Position numbers and translations under genes: made by a program
Shown here: in pieces, positions 1 to 10,219 of the stretch
Position numbering within the stretch: the stretch's first letter is position 1
Layout: every line of letters starts with the position of its first letter
Origin: Candidatus Limnocylindrus sp.
GTDB taxonomy: Bacteria; Chloroflexota; Limnocylindria; Limnocylindrales; Limnocylindraceae
Assembly: GCA_044236365.1 (NCBI GenBank)
Contig: JBIIGQ010000001.1
Coordinates: forward strand, 1-60,596
Length of the DNA: 60,596 bases
Direction: 5' to 3'
Notes under the pieces: model-generated
Told to the model about the DNA's origin: nothing
Database searches by the model: none
Seen by the model: the letters and a program-made list of their open reading frames with translations, nothing else

Positions 1-97
1 CTCAAAGATGTGCAGCGGTAGGGCAACGCCTGGGAAGAGAACGAGTTGCAGCGGGAAGAGCGGGATCAGTTTCGGCGCGTCGCCGTTCTGCTCCAGG

Positions 98-508
98 TCA
101 GTGGCTGCAGGCCGAGGCCTGTCCCGCCGAATCCGCCGTGCGGAAGCTGGAGCCGCAGCCGCAGCCGCCAACAGAGTTCGGATTCTCGACGGTGAAGCCG
201 GCACCCATCATCGCGTCAACGTAGTCAACGGTTGAGCCCTGAATGAGTGGGACGGCTTTCTCATCAACGTAGACGCGCACGCCGTTCGCCATGAAAACGC
301 TATCGCCCGGATTCTCGACATCGTCGAGCATCATGCCGTAGCGATAGCCGCTGCAGCCGCCCGAAACGATATAGACGCGCAGGCCGATCAGTGGATTCGT
401 CTCGCCCTTGGCGAGCTCGAGAACCTTGGCGGCGGCGTTATCGGTGAGGGCGAGAACGGGTGCTCCGGCTGGCGCCTCGTTGGCGACCTGTGGCTCCTGG
501 TTCAACAT
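98..508 (-). CDS. A-type iron-sulfur cluster carrier (HesB/IscA/ErpA family)
   Basis: 136-aa ORF. Family-typical core VSGGCSGYRYGM and C-terminal cysteine motif CGCGSSF. Confidence 0.85.
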   Translation of the reverse strand: MLNQEPQVANEAPAGAPVLALTDNAAAKVLELAKGETNPLIGLRVYIVSGGCSGYRYGMMLDDVENPGDSVFMANGVRVYVDEKAVPLIQGSTVDYVDAMMGAGFTVENPNSVGGCGCGSSFRTADSAGQASACSH

Positions 509-557
509 CGCTCCTCCTCCGGCATCTGCCGCTGCTGTGACTGAGATTCTAGCGCGG

Positions 558-1811
558 CTACGCCTCGACGCGCTCTACCAACATGGCGATCCCCTGACCC
601 ACGCCTACGCACATGGCGGCGATCCCGTAGCGGCCGCCGCTGCGGCGTAGTTCACGAACGAGAGTGGTGGCCATTCGGGCGCCAGAGGCACCGAGGGGGT
701 GCCCAAGAGCAATGGCGCCGCCATGCACATTTGTCTTCGCCGGGTCGAGCCCGAGCTCGGTGATACAGGCGACCGCCTGGCTGGCGAACGCCTCGTTTAG
801 CTCCACGCGATCGATGTCAGCAACGGTGAGGCCGGTGCGCTCCAGTAGCTTGCGAATCGCTGGGATCGGGCCCGCGCCCATCACCGACGGGTCAACACCG
901 GCAACCGCCGTGGCGACAATGCGTGCGTACGGCTTCAGGCCAAGAGCACGCGCGCGCTCCGACTCCACAACAAGGAGTGCAGCGGCGCCGTCGTTAATGC
1001 CCGAGGCGTTGCCAGCAGTGACCGTGCCATCGGCGGCGAAGGCGGGCTTCAGTTTGGCGAGTGCGGCGGCGCTCGTGTCGGGTCGCGGATGCTCGTCGCG
1101 ATCAACAACGATCGGCGCACCGGAGCGCTGTGGAATGGAGACTGGCACGATCTCTTCGCCGTGGATGCCGCTTGTTGCGGCAGCTGCGGCGCGCTGCTGT
1201 GACGCGAGGGCGAGTTCGTCTTGCGCTTCGCGCGAAACGTGCCACTGGTCGGCAACGCGCTCCGCCGTCTCACCGAGCGAGATCGCTGGGTACTTTGCAT
1301 GGAGCCGCGGATTCACAAAGCGCCAACCGATGGTGGTGTCAACGAGCTCGCGATTACCGCGCTCGAGCCCGCTCTCTGGCTTCAGGGTGACGAGTGGTGC
1401 GCGGCTCATGCTCTCAACGCCACCAGCAACGACCACTTCGGCATCGCCAACGGCAATCGCGTTGGCGGCGGCGGCGAGCGCTTGTAGGCCCGAGCCGCAG
1501 AGTCGGTTCACGGTTTGCCCTGGCACCTCAACGGGGTAGCCAGCAACAAGGAGCGCCATGCGTGCAACGTTGCGGTTGTCTTCACCAGCCTGATTGGCGC
1601 AGCCCAAGATCACGTCGTCAATATCGGCGGCGTTGATGCCGCTCCGGGCAACGACCGCTTCGAGCACCGTGGCGGCAAGGTCGTCGGGGCGCACGCCCGA
1701 GAGCGCGCCGCCGTAGCGACCGAAGGGGGTGCGCAGCGCCTCAACGATCCAGGCCTCCTTCAGGGGGCGGCCTGGGGTGCTGCTCTGGGAGAGAGGTGCG
1801 CTACTGCTCAT
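558..1811 (-). CDS. acetyl-CoA acetyltransferase / 3-ketoacyl-CoA thiolase
   Basis: 417 aa. Thiolase acyl-enzyme Cys context [10 protein letters not shown] and C-terminal motifs [17 protein letters not shown] and CVGVGQG. Confidence 0.9.
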   Translation of the reverse strand: MSSSAPLSQSSTPGRPLKEAWIVEALRTPFGRYGGALSGVRPDDLAATVLEAVVARSGINAADIDDVILGCANQAGEDNRNVARMALLVAGYPVEVPGQTVNRLCGSGLQALAAAANAIAVGDAEVVVAGGVESMSRAPLVTLKPESGLERGNRELVDTTIGWRFVNPRLHAKYPAISLGETAERVADQWHVSREAQDELALASQQRAAAAATSGIHGEEIVPVSIPQRSGAPIVVDRDEHPRPDTSAAALAKLKPAFAADGTVTAGNASGINDGAAALLVVESERARALGLKPYARIVATAVAGVDPSVMGAGPIPAIRKLLERTGLTVADIDRVELNEAFASQAVACITELGLDPAKTNVHGGAIALGHPLGASGARMATTLVRELRRSGGRYGIAAMCVGVGQGIAMLVERVEA

Positions 1812-1850
1812 GCGCTCAGTCTACGCCCGCCCCTCGGCTAGGATGGAGCC

Positions 1851-2591
1851 ATGAGCGAGTCCCTCGTACCGATCGCCTCCGACCTCCCCCCGATCGCGAC
1901 CAGCCTTACCCCTGGGCTCCCCACAGCGGCTGCCCTTTTTGACTTCGCCGCAGGCGCCGAGCGCCGCTTCCGCACCCTGCGCCTTCGCATTGAGGAGCGC
2001 TCGGTGACGGCCGCAGGTGAGAGCCTCGGATCCGTCGAGCTGCTGATGGACCGACCCCACGCCCGCGTCACCACCGTGCATCCACAGGGCGGCTACGAGG
2101 TCTGGATCACCGACGGCGCCGACGTGCGCGGCTACAACGCGGTGACCAACACCACGACGCGCCGACCACACCGCGCGGCACCCACCGGACTTGATGACCG
2201 CGGTCTTCCGCAGACTTCGCGCGTGCCGACCGATATGGGTCCGCTCCCCGGTAAGGGTTGGGCGACGAGCTTCGTTCGCCCAGGTTCGTTCTGCAGCAGC
2301 ATCCTCGCCGGTGCCGTTCTCGGTGCCGTGCACGAGACAAACGTTGCGGGCCGCATTGCGCTCACTATTGAGGCCGCAGCGCCCCGTGCCGTTGCCCTTG
2401 ATGGAGATCGCGCCGACTTCCGCTTCCGCGTCACCTTTGATCGACTCACCGGCGTCTTGCTTGGTGTTGAAGAGTTCCGCGGCGCACAACTTGTGCGCAG
2501 CGCACTTTGCACCGCGTTTGAAGTTGATGCATCAATTCCCGCCAGCGCCTTTGACCTCGAGCTCCCTCCCGACGTCGTGACGCTCTACTGA
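1851..2591 (+). CDS. hypothetical protein
   Basis: 246-aa ORF with strong G/C preference at third codon positions in this frame. The opposite-strand ORF 1821..2489 is a Gly/Arg/Ala-rich shadow. No family recognised. Confidence 0.5.
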   Translation: MSESLVPIASDLPPIATSLTPGLPTAAALFDFAAGAERRFRTLRLRIEERSVTAAGESLGSVELLMDRPHARVTTVHPQGGYEVWITDGADVRGYNAVTNTTTRRPHRAAPTGLDDRGLPQTSRVPTDMGPLPGKGWATSFVRPGSFCSSILAGAVLGAVHETNVAGRIALTIEAAAPRAVALDGDRADFRFRVTFDRLTGVLLGVEEFRGAQLVRSALCTAFEVDASIPASAFDLELPPDVVTLY

Positions 2592-2598
2592 GCCGCCG

Positions 2599-3042
2599 AT
2601 GAGCGAGATCGTTGGCCAGGCGCAACTAGAGAAGTCGGTTGCGCAACTCGTTGCGGCAAGCGACAGCCCTGAGCACATCGCGAAGCTGATCCCTGGATGC
2701 GACGGCCTGCACCGCATTGACGCAGAGCACATGGAGGGCCGACTCGCGACGCAGGTTGCTGGCATTCCTATTGAGGCTGCGATCTCGATTCGTCGCACCG
2801 TCGAAGCGCTTGATGGCGGCGTGACTCGACTGCATCTACGACTAAAGGTGCGCCCTGATATTGGCGGCCATGCGATCGTTGTTGCCCTCGTTGACTTGAC
2901 CGAGGCGAGCGCGACCAGCAGCAACGCTTCGTGGCGAACCTCAACGGAGCTCGATCCAATGCTCGCCGTGATGGCGGGGCAGCGGGTGGAAGAGTACTTG
3001 CGCACGTCAATTGATCACCTGATCGCGGGGCTTGCGAGTTAG
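2599..3042 (+). CDS. SRPBCC/CoxG-like protein
   Basis: 147 aa. IPGCDGLHRIDAEHMEGRLATQVAGIPIEAAISI resembles the CoxG-family IPGC..L..ID pattern. Motif level only. Confidence 0.55.
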   Translation: MSEIVGQAQLEKSVAQLVAASDSPEHIAKLIPGCDGLHRIDAEHMEGRLATQVAGIPIEAAISIRRTVEALDGGVTRLHLRLKVRPDIGGHAIVVALVDLTEASATSSNASWRTSTELDPMLAVMAGQRVEEYLRTSIDHLIAGLAS

Positions 3043-3566
3043 GCGTTCAGCGCCACCCAGATCGCAGCGAACACGATCGACGCCAAAGCCCCAATCATCA
3101 GCACCCATCCTGCACGGAAGAGTGCGCGTCCGCGGCTGATCGGCCACCAGGCAACAACCGAGCGCGAAATACGGAGCGCCGCTTCACCCATCGTCACAAA
3201 CAGTGGAATGGATCCAATCAGCAGCGGCACTTTCACGATGCCGTCACTCCACTTCGCGCCAAGGTTCAGCGCGCTGATCACGATCGTTCCGCAGATGAGT
3301 GCGACGACGCTGAGGTAGATGTAGCCGCCGCGCAGTGGTGTTGGATCAGACTCCGGAACAAATGCAGGGAGTCCGTCGTCGGCAATTGGCACGGGCTGGC
3401 GATCAAGCTTGATCATCCCTGGCTCGTAGCGCTCGTCAACGAGCACGCCGCGCATCAGATCGCCTGCGTCTGGCGCCTCCTCTTCGGCACCTGGAAGTGC
3501 GTGGGGGAGTGCCTCGGCGCCCTCAATCTGATCCGGCCGAACGATGCGTTGGCGCTCGTTGCTCAT
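3039..3566 (-). CDS. hypothetical membrane protein
   Basis: 175 aa with a hydrophobic C-terminal half containing several predicted helices. Start overlaps the upstream gene's stop by 4 nt (ATGA). Confidence 0.5.
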   Translation of the reverse strand: MSNERQRIVRPDQIEGAEALPHALPGAEEEAPDAGDLMRGVLVDERYEPGMIKLDRQPVPIADDGLPAFVPESDPTPLRGGYIYLSVVALICGTIVISALNLGAKWSDGIVKVPLLIGSIPLFVTMGEAALRISRSVVAWWPISRGRALFRAGWVLMIGALASIVFAAIWVALNA

Positions 3567-4039
3567 CGTCGAGCGAGGAGGAATCCGACCACAGCGAGCA
3601 CGATGCCGGCGACCCGCGTGGCAGTGACCGGAATAGCCGGCGCGCCGAGAAGGCCGAACCCGTCAATCGCCAGGGCGGCGCCGAGTGCGCCAAGGATGTA
3701 GATGAGGGTTGCCTCGGTTACGCCGAGGACTGGCACGGTGGTGGCAAAGCCAGTCACGATCAGGGCGCCGAACAAACCGCCGGTGAGCAGGAGGGGTGGC
3801 ACCTTGGTTGCTTCAACCAGCTGTAGCTTGCCGCTCAACAGGGCGATCACGAGCAGCACCGCAAGGCCACCAATAAACGAGACGATGGCTGCGCTCACAG
3901 GATCGGTGCGACGCCCAAGTTCTGCATTCAAGATTGCCTGCACCGAAGAGCCGACGCCGGCGGCGAAGATGAAGAGTGCTAAGGCAATGAACTGCATGCG
4001 TCCCCCTCTATTGGATTGACCCGGACTACGAGTATTCAC
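3563..4039 (-). CDS. DMT-superfamily transporter, DUF606/YdcZ-like
   Basis: 158-aa ORF, entirely hydrophobic. MQFIALALFIFAAGVGSSVQAILNAELG is typical of DUF606. The real start may be the internal Met at 3997. Confidence 0.7.
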   Translation of the reverse strand: MNTRSPGQSNRGGRMQFIALALFIFAAGVGSSVQAILNAELGRRTDPVSAAIVSFIGGLAVLLVIALLSGKLQLVEATKVPPLLLTGGLFGALIVTGFATTVPVLGVTEATLIYILGALGAALAIDGFGLLGAPAIPVTATRVAGIVLAVVGFLLARR

Positions 4040-4042
4040 CGA

Positions 4043-5536
4043 CTACTCGCCCTGGGCGCGGGTGAACCCCTCTTCACTGCCCCACACACGGAGCTTCTCC
4101 AGGTGTACCCATGGTGCAACGCCCGCCACGCGAGCGGCGAGAGCCAAGAGTGTCTCATCGGGCAGATCAGCACCGTCGGCGCGTGCCAAGAATCGTGCGC
4201 GAAAGAGGCCCGTTGGATCGAATGCCGGCGCGGCGTTCGGCCACACGACCGTCCCCTTACTCTCGATCATCTTGAGGGTGAGCTCCTGCCCCGCGAGCGC
4301 CGAGAGCTTGGCGCCGAGTTCGGCGGGGGCCATGAGTGACTGTAAGAAGAGGTCAAGGCCCACAACGCGCGCTGCGCCGACTTCGCGCTCGCGTGCCTCG
4401 CCGCTCGTCCAGCGTGCATGCGGCTTCACTTCCACAGGTCGTGGGCGGCTCGCCGCGGCTGGCACCGTTGTTGGGCGCGAGCCGAGGCTCTCAATAACGG
4501 CATCGGCAAATCCGCTCGTGCTCGTTGCCGCTTCAACGTCGCCGCCCTGCTGGCGCACTACATCTTGTGGCAGTGCCTTGCCGGCCTCAAGGGTTGCAAG
4601 CACTGCGTCCTCAACAACGTCAGCAAGATCGGTCTCGCCCAGGTGGCGCAACATCATCGTTGACGAAAGGATCAGCGCGGTTGGATTGATCACGTTCTTG
4701 CCGGCATACTTCGGCGCAGAGCCGTGTACCGCCTCGAAGATCGCCACGCCGTCGCCGTAGTTCGCGCTCGACGCAAATCCGAGGCCACCAACAAGGCCCG
4801 ATGCGAGATCGCTAATGATGTCGCCGTGCAGGTTGGTAGCAACAACCACATCGAACTGCGCCGGATCTTTCACCATCTGGTGCGCGACGTTGTCAATGAT
4901 CAGGTGGTTCGCCTCCAGCGACGGATACTCTTTGCCAAGGTCTTCACCAATCTGCTTGAAGAGCCCTTCGGTGAATTTGAGAATGTTCGCCTTGCTTGCG
5001 GTGGTGACCTTATGACGACCTTCGCGCAGCGCAAGCTCGTAGGCGAAGCGAATGATCTTCTCGGAACCGGTGCGGCTGATCAGCTTCACCGCCTGCGCCA
5101 CGTCATGTGTCTGCAGGTGCTCGATGCCGGCGTAGAGGTCTTCGACGTTTTCGCGAACGATGACCATGTTGATCCCTTCGCCCTTGTAGCGCGTTGGCAC
5201 TCCAGGGAGTTCGCGTGCAGGTCGAACGTTGGCGTAGGTCTCAAAGAGTTTGCGCAGCGTGACGTTGGCGCTCTTCTCGCCGAAGCCGACCGGTGTCTCG
5301 AGTGGCCCCTTCAGGGCAACGCGGGTGCGCTCAATGCTGTCGCGGGTGGCCTTTGGCACGCCAGAGGTGTCACCCTTCTTAAAGACCTCAGCACCAGCCT
5401 CAGCCTCCTCCCAGTCGAAGGCCACACCCGCCGTTGCGGCGGCGGCGTCGAGGACGCGCTTCGTGGCGAGGGCAACCTCGGGGCCGACCCCGTCGCCAGG
5501 GATCAGTGTGATGGCGTGGCGTCGTGGGGTGGTCAT
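4043..5536 (-). CDS. icd: isocitrate dehydrogenase (isocitrate/isopropylmalate dehydrogenase family), long form with C-terminal extension
   Basis: 497 aa. N-terminal ITLIPGDGVGPEV, plus SANVTLRK, NLHGDIISDLASGLVGGLG and GSAPKYAGKN motifs. About 140 extra C-terminal residues. Confidence 0.9.
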   Translation of the reverse strand: MTTPRRHAITLIPGDGVGPEVALATKRVLDAAAATAGVAFDWEEAEAGAEVFKKGDTSGVPKATRDSIERTRVALKGPLETPVGFGEKSANVTLRKLFETYANVRPARELPGVPTRYKGEGINMVIVRENVEDLYAGIEHLQTHDVAQAVKLISRTGSEKIIRFAYELALREGRHKVTTASKANILKFTEGLFKQIGEDLGKEYPSLEANHLIIDNVAHQMVKDPAQFDVVVATNLHGDIISDLASGLVGGLGFASSANYGDGVAIFEAVHGSAPKYAGKNVINPTALILSSTMMLRHLGETDLADVVEDAVLATLEAGKALPQDVVRQQGGDVEAATSTSGFADAVIESLGSRPTTVPAAASRPRPVEVKPHARWTSGEAREREVGAARVVGLDLFLQSLMAPAELGAKLSALAGQELTLKMIESKGTVVWPNAAPAFDPTGLFRARFLARADGADLPDETLLALAARVAGVAPWVHLEKLRVWGSEEGFTRAQGE

Positions 5537-5554
5537 GCGCTCAGGATAGCGGGG

Positions 5555-6805
5555 TTAGCGTGAGGTGCTGGGGGCGGTGATCGGCAGGTTCACGTATCCG
5601 CGGAACTGGAAGCCAGGGCGGCGCACTGCGCCCGGAAGGAGGGTGATCTCGGGGAGCGCCTCCGCCAGCGCGCCAAAGAGAAGCTCGAGCTCTAGGCGAG
5701 CCAGCGGCGCACCGATGCAGAAGTGAATCCCGCCGCCGAACGAGAGGTGTGACGTCTCGCCACGCTCAATGCGGAAGGCGTCAGGGTTCTCGTACTTCTC
5801 GGGATCACGATTTGAGGAGCCGATCATCAGGCCTACCTTTGAGCCGCGGGGGATCTGCACGCCACGCACCTCGAATCCCTCGTCAAGGACCCAGCGCTGA
5901 AAGAACTGCAGCGGCGGATCCCAGCGTAGGATCTCTTCGATCGCGCTCTTCATCGGCACTGTTCCAGTGCGTAACAGCTGCCACTGATCTGGATGCGCAG
6001 CAAAGGCCGCCACCCCATTAGAGGCGGCATTCACCGACGCCTCGTGGCCAGCCATCAGGAGCACCATCACCGTAGAGATCACCTGCTCGTCGCTCAGGTG
6101 CTCGCCGTCAACGGTGGCGTCGATGAGGCCGGTGAGCAGGTCGTCGGCCGGCTGACGGCGGCGGGCTCGAATGAGGTCGGCGGTGTAGGCGGCAAACTCG
6201 CGCACGGCGAGGTTGGCGTGATCCTTCACCGCATCCGACGGTGACGGCTCATACATCGAGACCACGTCGTGGGAGAGGGCCAAAATGCGCATGCGGTCGG
6301 GCTCAGGAACACCGATCAGCTCACAGATAATCGTGAGGGAGAGCGGCTCAGCCAGATCCTGCACCAGGTCGAGGCTGCCGCGATCACGTGCGGCGGCGAT
6401 GCGCTCGCTAATGAGGTGGCTCGCTGGTCCGCGCTGCGCCTCAATGGAGCGTGACGTGAAGGCGGTGGTGACGAGGCGGCGCAGCTTGGTGTGGTCGGGT
6501 GGCTCGAGGGCAATCATGTCCCAGCGCTCGAAGGCCTTGAAGTCAGCGTAGCGGTCGTCGCGCCACGGCTGTAGGTCGGCCTTGTCGCGGATGAACTCTT
6601 CCGGCGTGTAGCGCTGCGAGAAGTCGGAACCGAGGCGCTTGTCGCGCCACGCGGCATGCACGTCGGCGTGGTGAGTGATGAAGTGAATGCCACTCTGCGG
6701 TGAGTGCCAAACCGGCCCGTGATCCCGCAGGCGGGCGTAGGCGGGGAAGGGGTCGAGTGCGGTGGCTGGGTCGGTTGGGTCGAAGAGGAGGGCTGAGTCC
6801 GCCAC
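5555..6805 (-). CDS. cytochrome P450
   Basis: 416 aa. Heme-thiolate loop FGGGIHFCIGAPLA, K-helix EEILRW (ExxR) and I-helix LLMAGHEAS. Confidence 0.9.
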   Translation of the reverse strand: MADSALLFDPTDPATALDPFPAYARLRDHGPVWHSPQSGIHFITHHADVHAAWRDKRLGSDFSQRYTPEEFIRDKADLQPWRDDRYADFKAFERWDMIALEPPDHTKLRRLVTTAFTSRSIEAQRGPASHLISERIAAARDRGSLDLVQDLAEPLSLTIICELIGVPEPDRMRILALSHDVVSMYEPSPSDAVKDHANLAVREFAAYTADLIRARRRQPADDLLTGLIDATVDGEHLSDEQVISTVMVLLMAGHEASVNAASNGVAAFAAHPDQWQLLRTGTVPMKSAIEEILRWDPPLQFFQRWVLDEGFEVRGVQIPRGSKVGLMIGSSNRDPEKYENPDAFRIERGETSHLSFGGGIHFCIGAPLARLELELLFGALAEALPEITLLPGAVRRPGFQFRGYVNLPITAPSTSR

Positions 6806-6809
6806 GCGG

Positions 6810-7595
6810 TTATGCCCCGGCGGCGCGGTCTCGTGCGATCAGTAGGCGCAGGCCGTGGACGGCCGTGTCGATCACTGGATCAATGGAGAAGTTCTTCATC
6901 GATGCCTGTGACTCCTCATGCGTCATCGAGGGGCTCCCAACGCAGACCATGATGCCGCCCGCACGTGCGCGCAGCGTTGCCGCAACGATGAAGAGGGTGG
7001 CGGACTCCATCTCAGAGCTAATCGCGCCGCCGCCGATCCACGCCTTCCATCTTCGTGCGAGGTCGTCGGCCACCGGCATGCGCCCTGGCTCAACCTCGCC
7101 GTAGAAGGAATCTTTCGACTGCGCCACACCCACGCGGTGGCGCACGTTGCGCTCGCGCGCCGCATCGCGCATCGCCAGCACCACATCAAGATCGGCGACC
7201 GCGGGGAACTCCATCGGCAGATAGTGGCTGCTCGTACCCTCGTCGCGAATCGCGCCGCTGATCACGGCGAGGTCACCCGTCTGCATCCCTGGCTGCATGC
7301 CGCCCGAGGTTCCGACACGAATAAACGTATCGGCACCAATCGCGTGCAACTCTTCGGCGGCGATCGCCGTTGACGGACAGCCAATTCCAGTGGAGGTGCA
7401 CGCGACTGGCACGCCATCGAGCTCACCGACCCAGGTGGTGTACTCCCGCTTCTGCGCGACAAAGCGTGGGTTATCAAAGCGCTTGGCAATTACCTCGACG
7501 CGACCAGGGTCGCCCGGCAGTAAAACGTAGCGACCAACGGCGCCCTTCTTTAGTCCGAGATGGTGAACGGTGCCGTCTGGCTCAAAGATTGCCAT
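6810..7595 (-). CDS. udp: nucleoside (uridine) phosphorylase, PNP/UDP family, paralog 1
   Basis: 261 aa with GDPGRVEVIA, TSTGIGCPSTAIAAEEL, RVGTSGG and SEMESATLF motifs. Last gene downstream of the ECF operon. Confidence 0.85.
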   Translation of the reverse strand: MAIFEPDGTVHHLGLKKGAVGRYVLLPGDPGRVEVIAKRFDNPRFVAQKREYTTWVGELDGVPVACTSTGIGCPSTAIAAEELHAIGADTFIRVGTSGGMQPGMQTGDLAVISGAIRDEGTSSHYLPMEFPAVADLDVVLAMRDAARERNVRHRVGVAQSKDSFYGEVEPGRMPVADDLARRWKAWIGGGAISSEMESATLFIVAATLRARAGGIMVCVGSPSMTHEESQASMKNFSIDPVIDTAVHGLRLLIARDRAAGA

Positions 7596-7601
7596 CAGGG
7601 T

Positions 7602-8495
7602 CTACGAGCTAACCATTGCGCGAATCGCAACCACGAACACACCAAAGAAGACCACGATGCCAAAGCCAAACATCAGTATGGCAACGATCGGGGCAAACAC
7701 GAGCGGAGTAGAGGCTGACTGCCCCCAGTTCTGCAAACCGTAGATCGTGAGCCCAAGCATCACGACAATTCCTAGTAGCCCAATGAAGAGATCAAAGGGG
7801 CCGCTTGGGACTCGGCGATACGACGTCTTGACCCCCTTTGATCCGAAGGCGCGCGACTCTAGGCTGATCGCCAGCTGCTGCACGCGCTCGACCGCACCTG
7901 CAGCGACTGGAACGAATGACGGGACAATCGAGCCGAAGCCGGTTCCCTTCATGCCACGGGAGCGCTGCGCAGCGAGGACAAGTTGTACCTCACGCTGGAG
8001 TACTGGCACAAGTTGGAGTGTCATGGAGATCATGAAGTTAATGAGGTACGGCACGCGCATTCGCGCAAGCGAGGCGAAGAGGTCCGATGGGTGTGTTGAG
8101 AGGATCAACCCAAACGCAAGAATTTGGAACGAAGCGATGCGGAGCATCAGTGAGATCGCATGCGAGAGCCCCTCTCCATAGATCTTCATTGGGCCAAAGA
8201 AAACTTCTTGCGTACACGATGCGCCGCAAAGCACTGGAGAAAGCCCTTGGATCACGATAATTGACGCGGTGATTGGCGTAAAAAGAATCATGATTTTAAG
8301 CAGTGGCTTGATGGTCTTCGAGCTAACCGCAACCGCCAAGCCAAAAAGTAGCAGCCCGAAGAGTGGCAGAGGCTGGTAGGTCGTAAAGCAGAAGATGCCC
8401 GCAGGGATTAACCACGCGAATTTTGCCACTGGGTCAAGCCGGTGCATCCACGAAGTTCCACGCACATGGCTAACTGAGAAGCTTGGTCCATACAT
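7602..8495 (-). CDS. ecfT: ECF transporter transmembrane (T) component
   Basis: 297-aa polytopic membrane protein of CbiQ/EcfT type, including the AAQRSRG coupling-helix motif. Start overlaps the ecfA2 stop (ATGA). Confidence 0.85.
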   Translation of the reverse strand: MYGPSFSVSHVRGTSWMHRLDPVAKFAWLIPAGIFCFTTYQPLPLFGLLLFGLAVAVSSKTIKPLLKIMILFTPITASIIVIQGLSPVLCGASCTQEVFFGPMKIYGEGLSHAISLMLRIASFQILAFGLILSTHPSDLFASLARMRVPYLINFMISMTLQLVPVLQREVQLVLAAQRSRGMKGTGFGSIVPSFVPVAAGAVERVQQLAISLESRAFGSKGVKTSYRRVPSGPFDLFIGLLGIVVMLGLTIYGLQNWGQSASTPLVFAPIVAILMFGFGIVVFFGVFVVAIRAMVSS

Positions 8496-9325
8496 CAGGC
8501 GGCTCCCTTCTTGCCGAGCTCACCGGCGAGCTCATCAACACTTAGTGCAGCTGGCTTCCCTTTGCGACTCTTTAGTTGGAGCGAGATCTGCGTGATCTGT
8601 GGCGGAACAATGTGCGTTCGCGTCATCACTTCGGTGTTGCTAAAGACTTCTCGCGCAGTGCCATCAGCAATGACCTTCGCGTTCCACATCACGATCATGC
8701 GCTCGCTCACATCGGCGAGGAGTGGCATATCGTGCGACACGCAGATGACTGTTGAGCCCTGCTTCGTCAGGCGATGAATCAGGTCGTTAATCACCTTCGT
8801 GGTCTGATGGTCCTGACCAGTGGTCGGCTCATCAAGCACGAATACCTTTGGCCCCATGGTGAACACCGAGGCGATGCCCACGAGCTTGCGCAATGGGAAG
8901 CTGAGACGGTACGGATGCATCTCGCCGTACTGCTTGATATCGAAGAAGGCGAGCGCCTCTTCAACTCGGCGCTCCACCTCATCAGGTGGGAGGCCGAGGT
9001 TGGTTGGGCCGAAGGCAAGCTCGGCGCGCACATTCGTTGCGAAGAGCTGATGGTTCGGATTCTGGAAGACATAGCCAACTGTCGAGGACATCTGCTGAAC
9101 GGTGTTGCTCGCCGTATCTTTCCCGTCCACCACAATACTCCCCGAGGTCGGCTTCAGAAGCCCATTCAGGAGTTTGGTGAGCGTGGTCTTACCAGAGCCG
9201 TTCTGGCCGACAATGCCAACCGCCTGGCCTTCTGGGATCTCGAGGCTAACGCCATCAAGTGCAAGCACAGCACCGTTGGCATACACGTAGCGCGCGTCGG
9301 TGACCTTGATCATTGGGCCGCTCAT
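8495..9325 (-). CDS. ecfA: ECF transporter ATPase component A2
   Basis: Walker A GQNGSGKTT and Walker B VFVLDEPTTGQD. The ATG at 9325 overlaps the ecfA1 stop (ATGA). The ORF track extends the ORF to 9343. Confidence 0.9.
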   Translation of the reverse strand: MSGPMIKVTDARYVYANGAVLALDGVSLEIPEGQAVGIVGQNGSGKTTLTKLLNGLLKPTSGSIVVDGKDTASNTVQQMSSTVGYVFQNPNHQLFATNVRAELAFGPTNLGLPPDEVERRVEEALAFFDIKQYGEMHPYRLSFPLRKLVGIASVFTMGPKVFVLDEPTTGQDHQTTKVINDLIHRLTKQGSTVICVSHDMPLLADVSERMIVMWNAKVIADGTAREVFSNTEVMTRTHIVPPQITQISLQLKSRKGKPAALSVDELAGELGKKGAA

Positions 9326-10167
9326 GCGCGGGCCTCTAGCCACGTAATGGCTTCGCCGGTCGTGACTGGCAGATTCTTTGCGCCAGACTTTGAGAGGGCG
9401 AGCGCGAGATCGGTCGCCTGCGGCACACGGATGCCAATCTTGGCGAGTTCGTCGCCACGTGAGAAGACCTCGGTTGGTGTGCCGATCATGACAATCTTCC
9501 CTTCGTGCAACACCACGATGCGATCTGCGTACGCAGCCAACACTTCGGATTCGTGCTCTGCAACGATGACGGTAAGGCCCTCTTCCCGATTCAGCTTTCG
9601 CGCAAGTTCAAAGACCTCCTCTTTGCCGATCGGATCAAGGTTCGACGTTGGCTCATCCATAAAGAGGATTTTCGGCTGCATTGCAAGGACTGATGCGATG
9701 GCGAGTCGTTGCTGCTGGCCACCGGAGAGTCCCATCGGTGAGCGCTCCTCAAAACCGGCAAGGCCGACGGTCGTCAAGGCTGCGCTTACGCGGGGTGGCA
9801 TCTCCGGGTTTGGCACACCGAGATTCTCGAGTCCGAGAGCAACCTCTTCAGCGGCGCTGACCTGGCTCATTTGAAATTCAGGATTATCAAAGACAATGCC
9901 AACGGTGCGCGCCATTTCGCGCACCGGGGTAGTGGAGGTATCAAGGCCCTCAACAGTGACCTGGCCCTCGTAGATTCCCATGGTGCTTTGGGGGACGATG
10001 CCGTTGATTGAAAGGCCGAGCGTAGTCTTGCCCGCGCCATTGAGCCCCATGATGCCAAGATACTCGCCGCGCTTGATCTCAAGATTGATGTTGCTGAGCG
10101 CCGGGCGATCGCCGCTCGAGTAGGTGAAGCTCAGGTTCTCAATCTTGATGACGATATCTCCAGGCAA
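9322..10167 (-). CDS. ecfA: ECF transporter ATPase component A1
   Basis: Walker A GLNGAGKTT, signature LSGGQQQR and Walker B ILFMDEPTSNLD. TTG start preceded by AGGAGG 5 nt upstream. Confidence 0.9.
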   Translation of the reverse strand: MPGDIVIKIENLSFTYSSGDRPALSNINLEIKRGEYLGIMGLNGAGKTTLGLSINGIVPQSTMGIYEGQVTVEGLDTSTTPVREMARTVGIVFDNPEFQMSQVSAAEEVALGLENLGVPNPEMPPRVSAALTTVGLAGFEERSPMGLSGGQQQRLAIASVLAMQPKILFMDEPTSNLDPIGKEEVFELARKLNREEGLTVIVAEHESEVLAAYADRIVVLHEGKIVMIGTPTEVFSRGDELAKIGIRVPQATDLALALSKSGAKNLPVTTGEAITWLEARA

Positions 10168-10219
10168 TGGATCCTCCTACGCTATGTGGATCATCGTACT
10201 TGGCTTAGTGGTAAGCGAA

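Noticed and set aside
664-1539. 291-aa ORF on the plus strand opposite the thiolase gene
   Set aside because: Ala/Ser/Arg/Pro-rich low-complexity translation, fully inside a gene with unmistakable thiolase motifs. Typical antisense shadow ORF in high-GC DNA.
4724-5563. 279-aa plus-strand ORF (and 4062..4760) opposite the isocitrate dehydrogenase gene
   Set aside because: Antisense to a clearly conserved enzyme gene, with no family features.
8774-9874. 366-aa plus-strand ORF spanning both ECF ATPase genes
   Set aside because: It lies antisense to two genes with complete Walker A, signature and Walker B motifs and has no recognisable motifs of its own. High-GC shadow ORF.
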